A DNA stretch of 41,358 bases, from assembly GCA_964513665.1 (NCBI GenBank), contig CAZEOE010000001.1, positions 1-41,358 on the forward strand, read 5' to 3'. Below, one piece after another: positions 17,270-26,443 of the stretch. The notes below the pieces were generated by a model. The model was not told the origin of the DNA, did no database searches, and worked only from the letters and a program-made list of their open reading frames with translations. The stretch comes from Candidatus Woesearchaeota archaeon (GTDB lineage Archaea > Nanobdellota > Nanobdellia > Pacearchaeales > GW2011-AR1). The translations under genes and the position numbers were made by a program. The stretch's first letter is position 1, and each line of letters starts with the position of its first letter.

Positions 17270-18504
17270 GAATATTTTCTCCTTATTAGCTTATACATAG
17301 AGACAAGCATAACAAAAGGGTACAAGGTTAAGTAAATAAGCATATAAAAAAGTATGCTAAACAGATTAGTACCTTTTACATGTTCATCTTTCATCATACC
17401 TATAACGATAAATGTATATATCGCTCCAAGCATAAATAGTGAGCCACCTAGAAAATTCATCACGGTGGGTGTAAATGTAAACTCATTCAGGCGAAGTATT
17501 GCAGTCTGAGCATATACAGAATAGCTTGTAGAAAGATAATAATAAATTATGCGTCTAACCATTAGATAAGAGAAAATTGCCAGACCAAATAAACCCAAAA
17601 ACAAGTTAAAAGAAAAATAAGGTATTATAAACAAACCAAGCATCTTTTTTCTAAACAGAATTTTTTTATATTTTAATATGCACTGCGTGCCTCCAATATT
17701 CCATCTTACTCTTTGTCTAAACCATTTTTTTAGCTTTGAAGGAGTCTCGGAATAAACTTTAGCGGCGAGACACATTCTCGCATTATATCCATGGTACATA
17801 AGTTTCCAAACTATCTCAATATCCTGTGTAAGATTATTTTTATCAAAAAGACCGACTTCAATCAAAGCTTGTTTTTTATAAAGTGCAAACGGACCAGGAG
17901 TTACATAAACTGAATCTATCATATCAAGAAGTTTTCTCCCAAACGCAATAGAAATATACTCTATAGCTTGCAGTCTCTGCATAAAAGTTGTAGGTTTTTT
18001 TGCCGTAACAGCACAAGTAACCGCCATAGTTTTATCATTCTGTTGCAAAAACCCTATCATTTTTTTCAAAGCATCAGGTTCAGGAGTAGAGTCGGCATCT
18101 GTAACAGCAATATATTCATATTTCGAGGCTTTGATCCCGATATTAGTAGGTTCGGCAGCACCACCAGAATTTTTTTTATTTACTATCAATTTAACATTAC
18201 GATATTTCTGAGCGTACTTTTTTACAATACTCGCAGAATCATCCCTTGAGCAGTCATCAACAACTATTATCTCAATCATCTCCTTGGGATAATCCAGTTT
18301 TAGCAAAGAATCTATTGTGTGACCTATAGACTTTCCCTCATTAAAACAAGGAACCACTATGCTAACAGGCTCAGGTTTTCCAACAGGGTACTTAAAAAGG
18401 TATTTTTTTGTCTGCATAAATATAAAAAAAAGAAGGCTAAGCATATACAAACCAACAAACATATAAGTCAAAAAGACTATATCTATGAAACTAAGATTCA
18501 TCAC
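17263..18504 (-). CDS. Family 2 glycosyltransferase, processive type with integral membrane domains
   Basis: VVPCFNEG, VVDDCSRDDS, TDADS and the QRVRW (QxxRW) motif, with N- and C-terminal TM helices. Confidence 0.8.
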   Translation of the reverse strand: MMNLSFIDIVFLTYMFVGLYMLSLLFFIFMQTKKYLFKYPVGKPEPVSIVVPCFNEGKSIGHTIDSLLKLDYPKEMIEIIVVDDCSRDDSASIVKKYAQKYRNVKLIVNKKNSGGAAEPTNIGIKASKYEYIAVTDADSTPEPDALKKMIGFLQQNDKTMAVTCAVTAKKPTTFMQRLQAIEYISIAFGRKLLDMIDSVYVTPGPFALYKKQALIEVGLFDKNNLTQDIEIVWKLMYHGYNARMCLAAKVYSETPSKLKKWFRQRVRWNIGGTQCILKYKKILFRKKMLGLFIIPYFSFNLFLGLFGLAIFSYLMVRRIIYYYLSTSYSVYAQTAILRLNEFTFTPTVMNFLGGSLFMLGAIYTFIVIGMMKDEHVKGTNLFSILFYMLIYLTLYPFVMLVSMYKLIRRKYSW

Positions 18505-19022
18505 TCCCTCCCTTGTTCAGAGTTAACATGGAAGTACTCATGGAACGCTTCAGTGAGCGAAAGCTCCCAAGTATGCCCATTTTTCTTTTTACTTATAAGA
18601 CCTAGATCGCTGAACTTTTTTATATGATCATAAGCCTTATTTCCTCTAATTTTTATTATTACAGACTGTTTGATAGGCTGTTTATATGCGATTATAGCCA
18701 GAGTCTCCTGCTCAGCCTTCCTGAACTCAGAAGAGCCTGTTGCAAGTTTATTCACCATCCAGGTAAATTCATCGGAAACATCCATCTTCCAGGCATTTTC
18801 TTTCTCATTTATCGAAATACCAGAATCGTTATATTTTTCTTTAAGATCAGAAAGTGTCTTTTTTAGCAATATAGGGTTTATATCAGTAATTGAAATAAGT
18901 TCCTGCAGAGTCATGTATCTTCCAGAGAGAAAAAGAATAGCTTCTACCTTTTTAGCGTTCTTCAAATCCGCTTCTGTATCAAGCTCAGCTATATTTTCCC
19001 GAGTTATAGTTTCAAAAGACAT
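18501..19022 (-). CDS. scpB: Segregation and condensation protein B
   Basis: KKVEAILFLSGRYMTLQEL and the LAIIAYKQPI motif, two winged-helix halves, about 170 aa. Confidence 0.75.
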   Translation of the reverse strand: MSFETITRENIAELDTEADLKNAKKVEAILFLSGRYMTLQELISITDINPILLKKTLSDLKEKYNDSGISINEKENAWKMDVSDEFTWMVNKLATGSSEFRKAEQETLAIIAYKQPIKQSVIIKIRGNKAYDHIKKFSDLGLISKKKNGHTWELSLTEAFHEYFHVNSEQGRE

Positions 19023-19067
19023 GAATATACATACAAACCTCCTTTTTTAATATTTTAGTTATTCTAT

Positions 19068-19631
19068 TCACTTAACAAGTATAATTAATAAGCCTTCTAT
19101 AAATGCGGCTATTATTAGGAGAGGAATAACTATCATAAGTGCGACATTAGCAGAATTGTAAAGATGTTTCCTGAAATCCTTCTTCAAAATTGAAAAACCA
19201 AGTTTCATTCCAATACCGAATGAGATAAATATAGCTGGCAGTTCAAAGATTCCGTGAGGCAACAGTCTCCAAAATTGCCAAATTCCGGCTTCGGCGTAAA
19301 CTAAAGACATTACATAGCCAATTATGACTCCGTTAGAAAAAGAATTTATTATAGGGAATATCCCAAACAATGAACCGAGAATAATAGAAATAATTGCACT
19401 CTGCAGATTGTTTTGAAGTATGAAAAATATCATTTCGGTTGGACCAAGCCCTATAGTCTGTGAAATTATTTTCCTCAAAACTTCATCTATAAAAGAAAGT
19501 TCGTTCTTAAGTATAAATCCTGCAATCGCTCCAAAGACAAAAATAATTATTGATGCATAAATATACTTAGAAACAGACTTAACATACAACACTGCTTCTT
19601 TGAATTGTACCTTTACATCGAGTTCCTTCAT
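19068..19631 (-). CDS. SpoIIM-like (DUF95) membrane protein
   Basis: LLPHGIFELPAIFIS signature and multiple TM helices. Confidence 0.7.
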   Translation of the reverse strand: MKELDVKVQFKEAVLYVKSVSKYIYASIIIFVFGAIAGFILKNELSFIDEVLRKIISQTIGLGPTEMIFFILQNNLQSAIISIILGSLFGIFPIINSFSNGVIIGYVMSLVYAEAGIWQFWRLLPHGIFELPAIFISFGIGMKLGFSILKKDFRKHLYNSANVALMIVIPLLIIAAFIEGLLIILVK

Positions 19632-20320
19632 CTAAAAATCCTCCTCAATTTTTCAATCTTTCGTTTATACTTATACTTCAGAAACAGACCATAAGCTAAT
19701 CCGGAAATTAAACCTCCAAAGTGAGCAACATTCCCCACAGGAAGATTTGCAAATATAGACACTATCCAAAACACACCAAGTGCTGCAGGGATCATTATAT
19801 ATGCAGGTAGCGAGAAAAATGGAAGGAAGATTATGACAAACTTAAGTCTGGGAAGAAGCATAACATACAATCCAGCAATTGCGAATATCGCTCCAGAAGC
19901 CCCAACCATATACACCTCAGGGGATCCAAAAACTCTCGATCCAATTTCTCCAGTTCCAAATTTAGCGGAAAGTATAACAGAAAGAAGGCCAGCAAAAAGT
20001 CCCGAGATTATATAGAACCAAAAAAATCTCTTTCTTCCAATTATTCTCTCACACAATGAACCAAGGGAAAAAAGCACAAGCATGTTTATCAAGAGATGCC
20101 CAAGACCTCCATGAATAAACATATGAGTAACAATCGTCCAGAGATATTTTCCCTGGATAATATTAGACGGCTTCAACGCAAGGTAATTCAGATAATTATC
20201 ATTCAATGAGAATAGTATAAAAGATACAACAGATACAGCGATTGTGAAGGCTATCAACCTCACAGTCAAAGACAAATTCCATAACACTTTTAAAAAATTT
20301 CCACCTCTATACTGCTTCAT
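19628..20320 (-). CDS. Rhomboid-family intramembrane serine protease
   Basis: HMFIHGGLGHLLINM, GASGAIFA (catalytic Ser) and a later AHFGG (His). I chose the start at MKQYRGG (20320). The longer track ORF would overlap tfe by 65 nt. Confidence 0.8.
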   Translation of the reverse strand: MKQYRGGNFLKVLWNLSLTVRLIAFTIAVSVVSFILFSLNDNYLNYLALKPSNIIQGKYLWTIVTHMFIHGGLGHLLINMLVLFSLGSLCERIIGRKRFFWFYIISGLFAGLLSVILSAKFGTGEIGSRVFGSPEVYMVGASGAIFAIAGLYVMLLPRLKFVIIFLPFFSLPAYIMIPAALGVFWIVSIFANLPVGNVAHFGGLISGLAYGLFLKYKYKRKIEKLRRIFR

Positions 20321-20321
20321 G

Positions 20322-21029
20322 TTATTTCTTCTTCTTCCCGTGAGGTTTTGATTTCTTTTCCGGCATCTTCTTCTGACCCTTACCAAGCAATTTCTTCTTT
20401 TCTCTCATTCTCTTCGCTTTCTTTTTCTTCTTTTCAATTTCTTTCATCTTTTCTTCTTCCTTTTTCTTCTTGTCAGATATTTTCTTTTCTTTCTCATCTA
20501 CAATCGCTAACTCTTTATTGATTTCTTCCAATACAATTTCTACCTTTCTTATTTCCTTAAGTATGTCTTCTTGTATTTTAGAGGTGTCTCTTAGTTCCAG
20601 AACTTCTCCTGTCTCAGGGCATATGAAATTGTTCTGCAGAGCCTCTTCTTCACTATATTCCACATCTATGCTCTTACTGTAATAATACCTATCTTTCTTT
20701 CTATCTTCCAAGTCCATTCTTAACTTTTGAATATCCTTCTCAGCTTCCTCTTGAGCCCTCTGCAACATCTTTCTTATTTTCATAGTCCAGAAATATGTGT
20801 ACCATCCTCCCTTTTTCTTATCCTTCTTTCTTTCAAATTCAACAAGACCCTCATCAACAAGCCTATACAAAATATTTCTTGTCTGGTTGATAGTAAGACT
20901 CAACTTTTGGGAAATCAGAAATTCATTAACTCTTTGTTTGTTATACAAAATGTCAACTATTCTTTCAGCACCAGCTCCAGAGACATTAGACACAATTCTT
21001 TTTAAAATCTTGAATAAATTTTCTTGCAT
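20322..21029 (-). CDS. tfe: Transcription factor E alpha with a lysine-rich C-terminal tail
   Basis: The winged-helix region ERIVDILY...INQTRNILYRLVDEGLVEFERKKD..GGWYTYFW is typical of TFE/TFIIE-alpha. There is only one Cys where the zinc ribbon normally sits. The tail of about 50 aa is K/E-rich. Confidence 0.75.
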   Translation of the reverse strand: MQENLFKILKRIVSNVSGAGAERIVDILYNKQRVNEFLISQKLSLTINQTRNILYRLVDEGLVEFERKKDKKKGGWYTYFWTMKIRKMLQRAQEEAEKDIQKLRMDLEDRKKDRYYYSKSIDVEYSEEEALQNNFICPETGEVLELRDTSKIQEDILKEIRKVEIVLEEINKELAIVDEKEKKISDKKKKEEEKMKEIEKKKKKAKRMREKKKLLGKGQKKMPEKKSKPHGKKKK

Positions 21030-21148
21030 TTACCCTTCTAAAGCTTTTTAGTTAAAAATCTTTCTATACAATCACAATTTTTCACGATTATTGTAGTCTT
21101 TTTCAAGTTAATATAAATATATATAAACAATTTTTAAAATTCATTATA

Positions 21149-21718
21149 ATGGCTAGTGAAAAAAAGGATTATTTGGCAGATTTGCCTGACTTGCCTCCTT
21201 TACGGACACCTTCGGATATGCAGAGCGCACAGACCTCAATACCTTCTGTAACGGAGATAGATGACTTTCAGGAGCTACCTTCATTCCCTTCTTCTCCTTC
21301 ACACAACAGATTTTCTCAAGCAGCAATAAAAGATGCAGTCTCAGGAGATAGACAGTATCAAAGAGAGGAGATGCAGGAATGGAAGCCTACAAAGTTTGAA
21401 AGAAGAGAACCTGTTTCAACAAATGACGAATTGGATGAAGATTATCAGGAAAGGAGTAACTTCGCACGCGAAGTAAACAGATCCAGAAACTCTAAGCCCG
21501 GGCCAGAGGTGTTTGTAAAAATTGAGAAGTTTTTCTCTGCTAAAAAGACCGTTTCAGAGGTTAAACAAAAACTTGATGAAATCGACTCTCTGATAAATAA
21601 AGTAAGAGAGATAAAATTAAGAGAAGAACAAGAACTCGCCGCCTGGGAAAAAGAGCTAACAGAAATTAAATCCAGATTAAAAGACGTAAGCGAACATATA
21701 TTTGAGAAGGTGGAATAA
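21149..21718 (+). CDS. Hypothetical protein: Pro/Ser-rich acidic N-terminus plus C-terminal coiled coil
   Basis: tatataaa ends 21 nt before the ATG. The composition is bipartite. The stop overlaps the next start (TAATG). Confidence 0.6.
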   Translation: MASEKKDYLADLPDLPPLRTPSDMQSAQTSIPSVTEIDDFQELPSFPSSPSHNRFSQAAIKDAVSGDRQYQREEMQEWKPTKFERREPVSTNDELDEDYQERSNFAREVNRSRNSKPGPEVFVKIEKFFSAKKTVSEVKQKLDEIDSLINKVREIKLREEQELAAWEKELTEIKSRLKDVSEHIFEKVE

Positions 21719-22050
21719 TGGGCTCTGAATATATAGGTTTTTCTTACGAGGATAAACAGGCTGTACAGATAAATCTCCTCAAAGCTCGACTTGAAATTTT
21801 AAATCTACTAAAGATGTTTGCAAATTATAAACGTTTAAGATCAGAAGAGCTTTCTACAAAAATAGCTCTTAAGAATAAAATTGGGGAAACAACTGAACTC
21901 TTGTCTAGATTTGAAAAACAAACACCGCATCCCAAATATAAAGCAGTTCTCCCAACAAGTGAGTCAAAAAAAGAAATAGAAAGAGACTTTACAATAGAAG
22001 AAGAGATAGATAACATAAAAAAGAGATTGCATGATTTAGGCGCGGACTAA
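21718..22050 (+). CDS. Hypothetical coiled-coil protein
   Basis: Appears translationally coupled to 21149..21718. Heptad-like helical sequence. Confidence 0.55.
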   Translation: MGSEYIGFSYEDKQAVQINLLKARLEILNLLKMFANYKRLRSEELSTKIALKNKIGETTELLSRFEKQTPHPKYKAVLPTSESKKEIERDFTIEEEIDNIKKRLHDLGAD

Positions 22051-22259
22051 AAAATAATTTCTTTTTCTTTAGGTAATTTCAGAATACTAGAAAAAAATTA
22101 AAGACAACATAAATCCCTTAACGCATGATCCACCATCTACGGCTCAAATCAAAATGATTACCGATCATCATTGCTAGATGCGAATCCAGAGTAAATTTTC
22201 CGGAAGTTTTGATCACACATTAAGACTTAGACACGAAGAATGGCTAAGATCCCAACATC

Positions 22260-22267
22260 TTTATAAA
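22260..22267 (+). promoter_or_regulatory. TATA box TTTATAAA for alaS
   Basis: Perfect palindromic octamer ending 21 nt before the ATG at 22289. Confidence 0.55.
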
Positions 22268-22288
22268 TAAATACCTTTTAAGATTTGA

Positions 22289-24064
22289 ATGAAAACAAGA
22301 GAAGAATTAATAAAAAAATATATAGATTTTTTTATAAAAAACAATCATAAAGAGTTGCCTTCTTCATCGATAGTATTGGAAAACGACCCAACAGTGTTAT
22401 TTACAACCGCTGGAATGCAACCTCTCGTTCCTTATCTTCTTGGACAGCCCCACCCCCTAGGTAAAAGACTTGTCAGCGTCCAGAAATGCATAAGAACCAA
22501 CGATATAGATGAAGTAGGTGATGAAGTCCATCACACTTTTTTCGAGATGCTTGGGAATTGGTCTCTGGGAGATTATTTCAAAGAAGAAGCCATAATTTAT
22601 AGTTTTGAATTTCTTACAAACTCTCTTGGAATACCAAAAGAAAAGTTGGCAGTAAGCTGTTTCGCAGGCGACAAAGATGTCGAAAGAGACGAAGTTTCTG
22701 CGGAAATATGGGAATCATTAGGCATATCTCCCAAGAGAATAGCTTTCCTACCAAAATCAAATAATTGGTGGGGTCCAGCGGGAAGTGTTGGTCCGTGTGG
22801 TCCGGATACAGAAATGTTCTTTTGGTCAGGAAAGGGCGAACCTCCCGAAGAATTTTACCCTTTAGATAAAAACTGGGTTGAAATATGGAATGATGTATTC
22901 ATGGAATACGAGAAACTTTCAGACGGAAGATACATCAAATTAAAACAAAAAAATGTAGATACTGGAATGGGAGTTGAAAGAACTCTCGCAGTTCTTCAGG
23001 GTTTTAGCGACAACTACAAAACAAAAATATTTTCTCCAATTATCAAATCCATTGAAAAAACGTCTGGAAAAAAATATTCCTCAAACAAAAAAGCATTCAG
23101 AGTCATTGCAGACCATATACGTGCGGCGACATTTATCTTGGGAGACGACCATTCAATTTCTCCCTCAAACGTCGGCAGAGGCTATGTTCTTAGGAGATTG
23201 ATAAGGCGAGCAATAAGATACGGTCAACAATTAGGTATAAAGAAAAATTTTTGCTCAGACATATCTAAAATAATAATAGAAGATTATGCAGAATATGAAG
23301 AGTTAAGGAGAAATGAAAAAAATATTTTAAATGAGATGAATAAGGAGGAAAACAGATTCAGAGAAACGCTAGAGAAAGGGATAAAGAAATTTGAAGAAAT
23401 ATGCGCCTCTTCAGGAAAAATAATTTCTGGAATAGACGCATTTCTATTGTTTCAGAGCTTCGGATTTCCTGTTGAGATGACCTCTGAGCTGGCTCGTGAC
23501 AAAAACAAAGAAGTCGATATGAGCGGATACGAAAAAGAGTTTGAAAGGCATCAGAATCTAAGCAGAGAGTCCTCTGCAGGTGTTTTCAAATCTGGACTTG
23601 CAGATAACAGCGAGAAAACAACAAGGCTTCACACCGCAACACATCTTCTAAACGAGGCATTAAGAGAGGTATTGGATAAAAATATAAGACAGAAAGGTTC
23701 AAACATAACACCAGAGAGGCTCAGGTTCGACTTCAATTTCTCAAGGAAACTAACCGATGAGGAAATAAAGAAAATAGAAAACTTAGTTAATGAGAAAATA
23801 AAAAGTTCCTTGGAAGTCACCTCGAAAGAAGAAAATCTTAAAGAAGCCATAAATTCCGGTGCGCAGAGTGAATTCGGGGCGAAATATCCTGACAAAGTTT
23901 CAGTTTATACAATAGTCGATAAAAAAAATAAAAGAGGTTGGTTCTCAAAAGAGGTCTGCACAGGACCTCATGTTAAAAATACAAAGGAAATAGGACATTT
24001 TAAAATAATAAAAGAAGAAGCTGTTGCTTCAGGCATAAGAAGAATAAAGGCGACAGTAGAATAG
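22289..24064 (+). CDS. alaS: Alanyl-tRNA synthetase, short bacterial-type form (no C-Ala domain)
   Basis: [40 protein letters not shown], and editing-domain motifs HTATHLL and CTGPHV. 591 aa. Confidence 0.9.
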   Translation: [591 protein letters not shown]

Positions 24065-26443
24065 CTACTTAAGGTTATGGCACGCCTTTAAGTCTTTCTC
24101 AAAAATCTTCAATCCTTCAGGTACCTCTATCCCACTAATAGTTTCTCTTAATGAAATTCCATTCTCTTTCTTCTTCTTCCAAACAAAACTATTAAATTCC
24201 TTTAGCTCTTTAATCAACTTAGGTTCAAAATCAGATTTCTTAGTTTTTGGAAACACCTGTTTCTTCATATCCATACCTCTTGTTTCTCCTATAACCGAAG
24301 TGACTTGAGGTATTATAGGATATATCAATAAAAGCAATCTATCTAGAACAAAATTCAAAGTATATTTCGCAGATTCATTTTCTTTTTCGCTGAAATACTT
24401 ATCTGCATTGTAAGCCCTGGATTTTACAACTTCTATATAATGTGAAGCAAAATCTTCCCATATGAATTCTCTCATCTCAACAGCTGGAGTGTGAAAATCA
24501 TATTTATCATAGCACGATTCAAATTTAAAAGTAAGATACCCAATATACTCAATAAAATATTTATCCAATGCACTCAGGGAAATTTTTGATTTTTTACTCT
24601 TAAAAAGCGATACGAATTTTGAAACATTAATTATCTTGTTTATTGTCTTCAGCTCAGATTTTATTCTCTCTCTTGAGCACATTAAATCCTGAGAACTTAA
24701 ATCGCCCTCGATTGCCGACCAAAACCTAAGGGCCTCTGCACCCTCGCTTTTCAATATCTCCTGTGGGTCTATGACATTCCCAAGGGATTTTGACATCTTC
24801 CTGCCTTTTTCATCTAAAATGTGCTGATGTATCCACACATCCTTGAAACAGGCTTTCTTAGTTTCAAGATAACCTCTCAACAGAGTGTAATAAAGCCAAG
24901 TTCTTACTATTTCTTTACCTTGAGGTCTAAGACTCGCGGGATAAGCTCTCTTGAAGAAGGAATCATCTTCCCCATAGCCTAAAATATAAAGTTCAGATAT
25001 GGAAGAATCCATCCATGTATCAAAGACTCTTTCTTCACCAATCCATTTAACTCCGCTAAAATCAGAAACCTTTCCAATTTTTTTCCTGTCTTTGTAAACC
25101 TCATCATTCTTTTCAGGAGATTCGATCCATGGTTCACAATATCTCCCATCATGAGGCAAAACTACAAGTCCATCATCAGAGTGCCAGAGGGGAATAGGTG
25201 TAGCATAATATCTCCTTCTGGATATTGGCCAATCTATCTTTATAGAATCAAACCACGAGTCGAGTATTTTTCTCGATTCCTCAGGATAAAAATCTATTTT
25301 TTTAGAAATTTTTCTGAGTTCATCCTTAAACTCAAGTTGTCTCATATAAAACTCAGGCATCTCTATAAATTCTATTTCTGCTCCAGACCTTTCCGATACA
25401 GGAGTTCTATGCATTATATTTTCCTGTTTTGTAATTAATCCTTTTTCTTTCAAAACTTCTAAAATTTTTTCTCTTGCTTCTTTAACTTTAAGACCATTTA
25501 AAAATCCAGAATTTTCGTTCATTCTCCCATCTTGTCCTATTGCAATCTTTGGCTTGAGATTCATATCTCTGAAGAATTGTATGTCAGATAAGTCTCCAGC
25601 AGAACACATCATGACAATTCCGGTTCCTTTCTCAGGATCAGCCAGATTGTTTTTCGCTATCTTAACCTCTTGTGCAAATAAAGGTGTTATCGCAGTCTTT
25701 CCCTCAAGATGTAAATATCTGGAATCTTTTGGATTAAAAATAACCATCCCACAAGTGCATATCAGTTCAGGTCTCGTTGTTGCTATTTCTATAAACTCGC
25801 CTGTTTCTTTTATCCTCCATTTAATAGATGTAAACTTTGAAGGAATATCTTTGTACTCTATCTCAGAATCTGCAAGAGTAGTTCTTAATTTAGGGTCCCA
25901 ATTGTTTATCCTTGTAGATTCATAAACGACACCTTTCTTATATAAATCCACAAAAGTTTTCTGGGTAAGTTTTCTATACTCTTTGCTGTCAGTCTTATAT
26001 ATCGCGCCAATATGTTTTCCCTCTTCGTATGAAGTGAAAGATATACCCAATTTTCTGAAGCTATCTATGCTGTCAGAAGAAGTACTATTCAGTAATTTTT
26101 CACAATATTCAAGAAATTTTTTTCTTCCAACTTCATGTGCAGATATCTTATATTCTTTTTCCGCAGCCATCTCAATAGGCAGTCCATTTCTATCCAAACC
26201 TAGAGGAAATACAACATCAAATCCCTTCATTCTTTTGTATCTCGCAAAGAAATCCATATAACAATAAGTTATTGCCTGCCCTATATGTATAGGTCTGTTA
26301 ACATATGGTGGAGGAGTATCTATAGAATAAATCTTCTTCGCCTTTTTTGGGTCAAATCTAAAATTCTCCTCTCTCATCCACTTTTTCGTTATCTTCTCTT
26401 CAATCTCAACATTCCAATTCTTTATTTCTTCAGATTCATTCAT
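24065..26443 (-). CDS. valS: Valyl-tRNA synthetase (compact, variant HIGH motif)
   Basis: DTPPPYVNRPIHIGQA (HIGQ in place of HIGH), TTRPEL in the editing domain, DWPISRRR, and KMSKSLGNVIDP. Confidence 0.8.
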   Translation of the reverse strand: MNESEEIKNWNVEIEEKITKKWMREENFRFDPKKAKKIYSIDTPPPYVNRPIHIGQAITYCYMDFFARYKRMKGFDVVFPLGLDRNGLPIEMAAEKEYKISAHEVGRKKFLEYCEKLLNSTSSDSIDSFRKLGISFTSYEEGKHIGAIYKTDSKEYRKLTQKTFVDLYKKGVVYESTRINNWDPKLRTTLADSEIEYKDIPSKFTSIKWRIKETGEFIEIATTRPELICTCGMVIFNPKDSRYLHLEGKTAITPLFAQEVKIAKNNLADPEKGTGIVMMCSAGDLSDIQFFRDMNLKPKIAIGQDGRMNENSGFLNGLKVKEAREKILEVLKEKGLITKQENIMHRTPVSERSGAEIEFIEMPEFYMRQLEFKDELRKISKKIDFYPEESRKILDSWFDSIKIDWPISRRRYYATPIPLWHSDDGLVVLPHDGRYCEPWIESPEKNDEVYKDRKKIGKVSDFSGVKWIGEERVFDTWMDSSISELYILGYGEDDSFFKRAYPASLRPQGKEIVRTWLYYTLLRGYLETKKACFKDVWIHQHILDEKGRKMSKSLGNVIDPQEILKSEGAEALRFWSAIEGDLSSQDLMCSRERIKSELKTINKIINVSKFVSLFKSKKSKISLSALDKYFIEYIGYLTFKFESCYDKYDFHTPAVEMREFIWEDFASHYIEVVKSRAYNADKYFSEKENESAKYTLNFVLDRLLLLIYPIIPQVTSVIGETRGMDMKKQVFPKTKKSDFEPKLIKELKEFNSFVWKKKKENGISLRETISGIEVPEGLKIFEKDLKACHNLK

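Noticed and set aside
20321-20386. N-terminal 22-codon extension of the rhomboid ORF (MVRVRRRCRKRNQNL...)
   Set aside because: It would overlap the tfe 3' end by 65 nt and reads as the reverse complement of the Lys-rich tail. The internal ATG at 20320 directly abuts the tfe stop.
20330-20470. ttcttcttc / ctttttctt low-complexity DNA that looks like a microsatellite
   Set aside because: It is the coding sequence of the K/E-rich TFE tail on the minus strand. It is not an independent repeat element.
22160-22185. Possible C/D-box sRNA (perfect ATGATGA C-box on the minus strand)
   Set aside because: No CTGA D-box or C'/D' pair lies at a compatible distance downstream, and no terminal stem is present.
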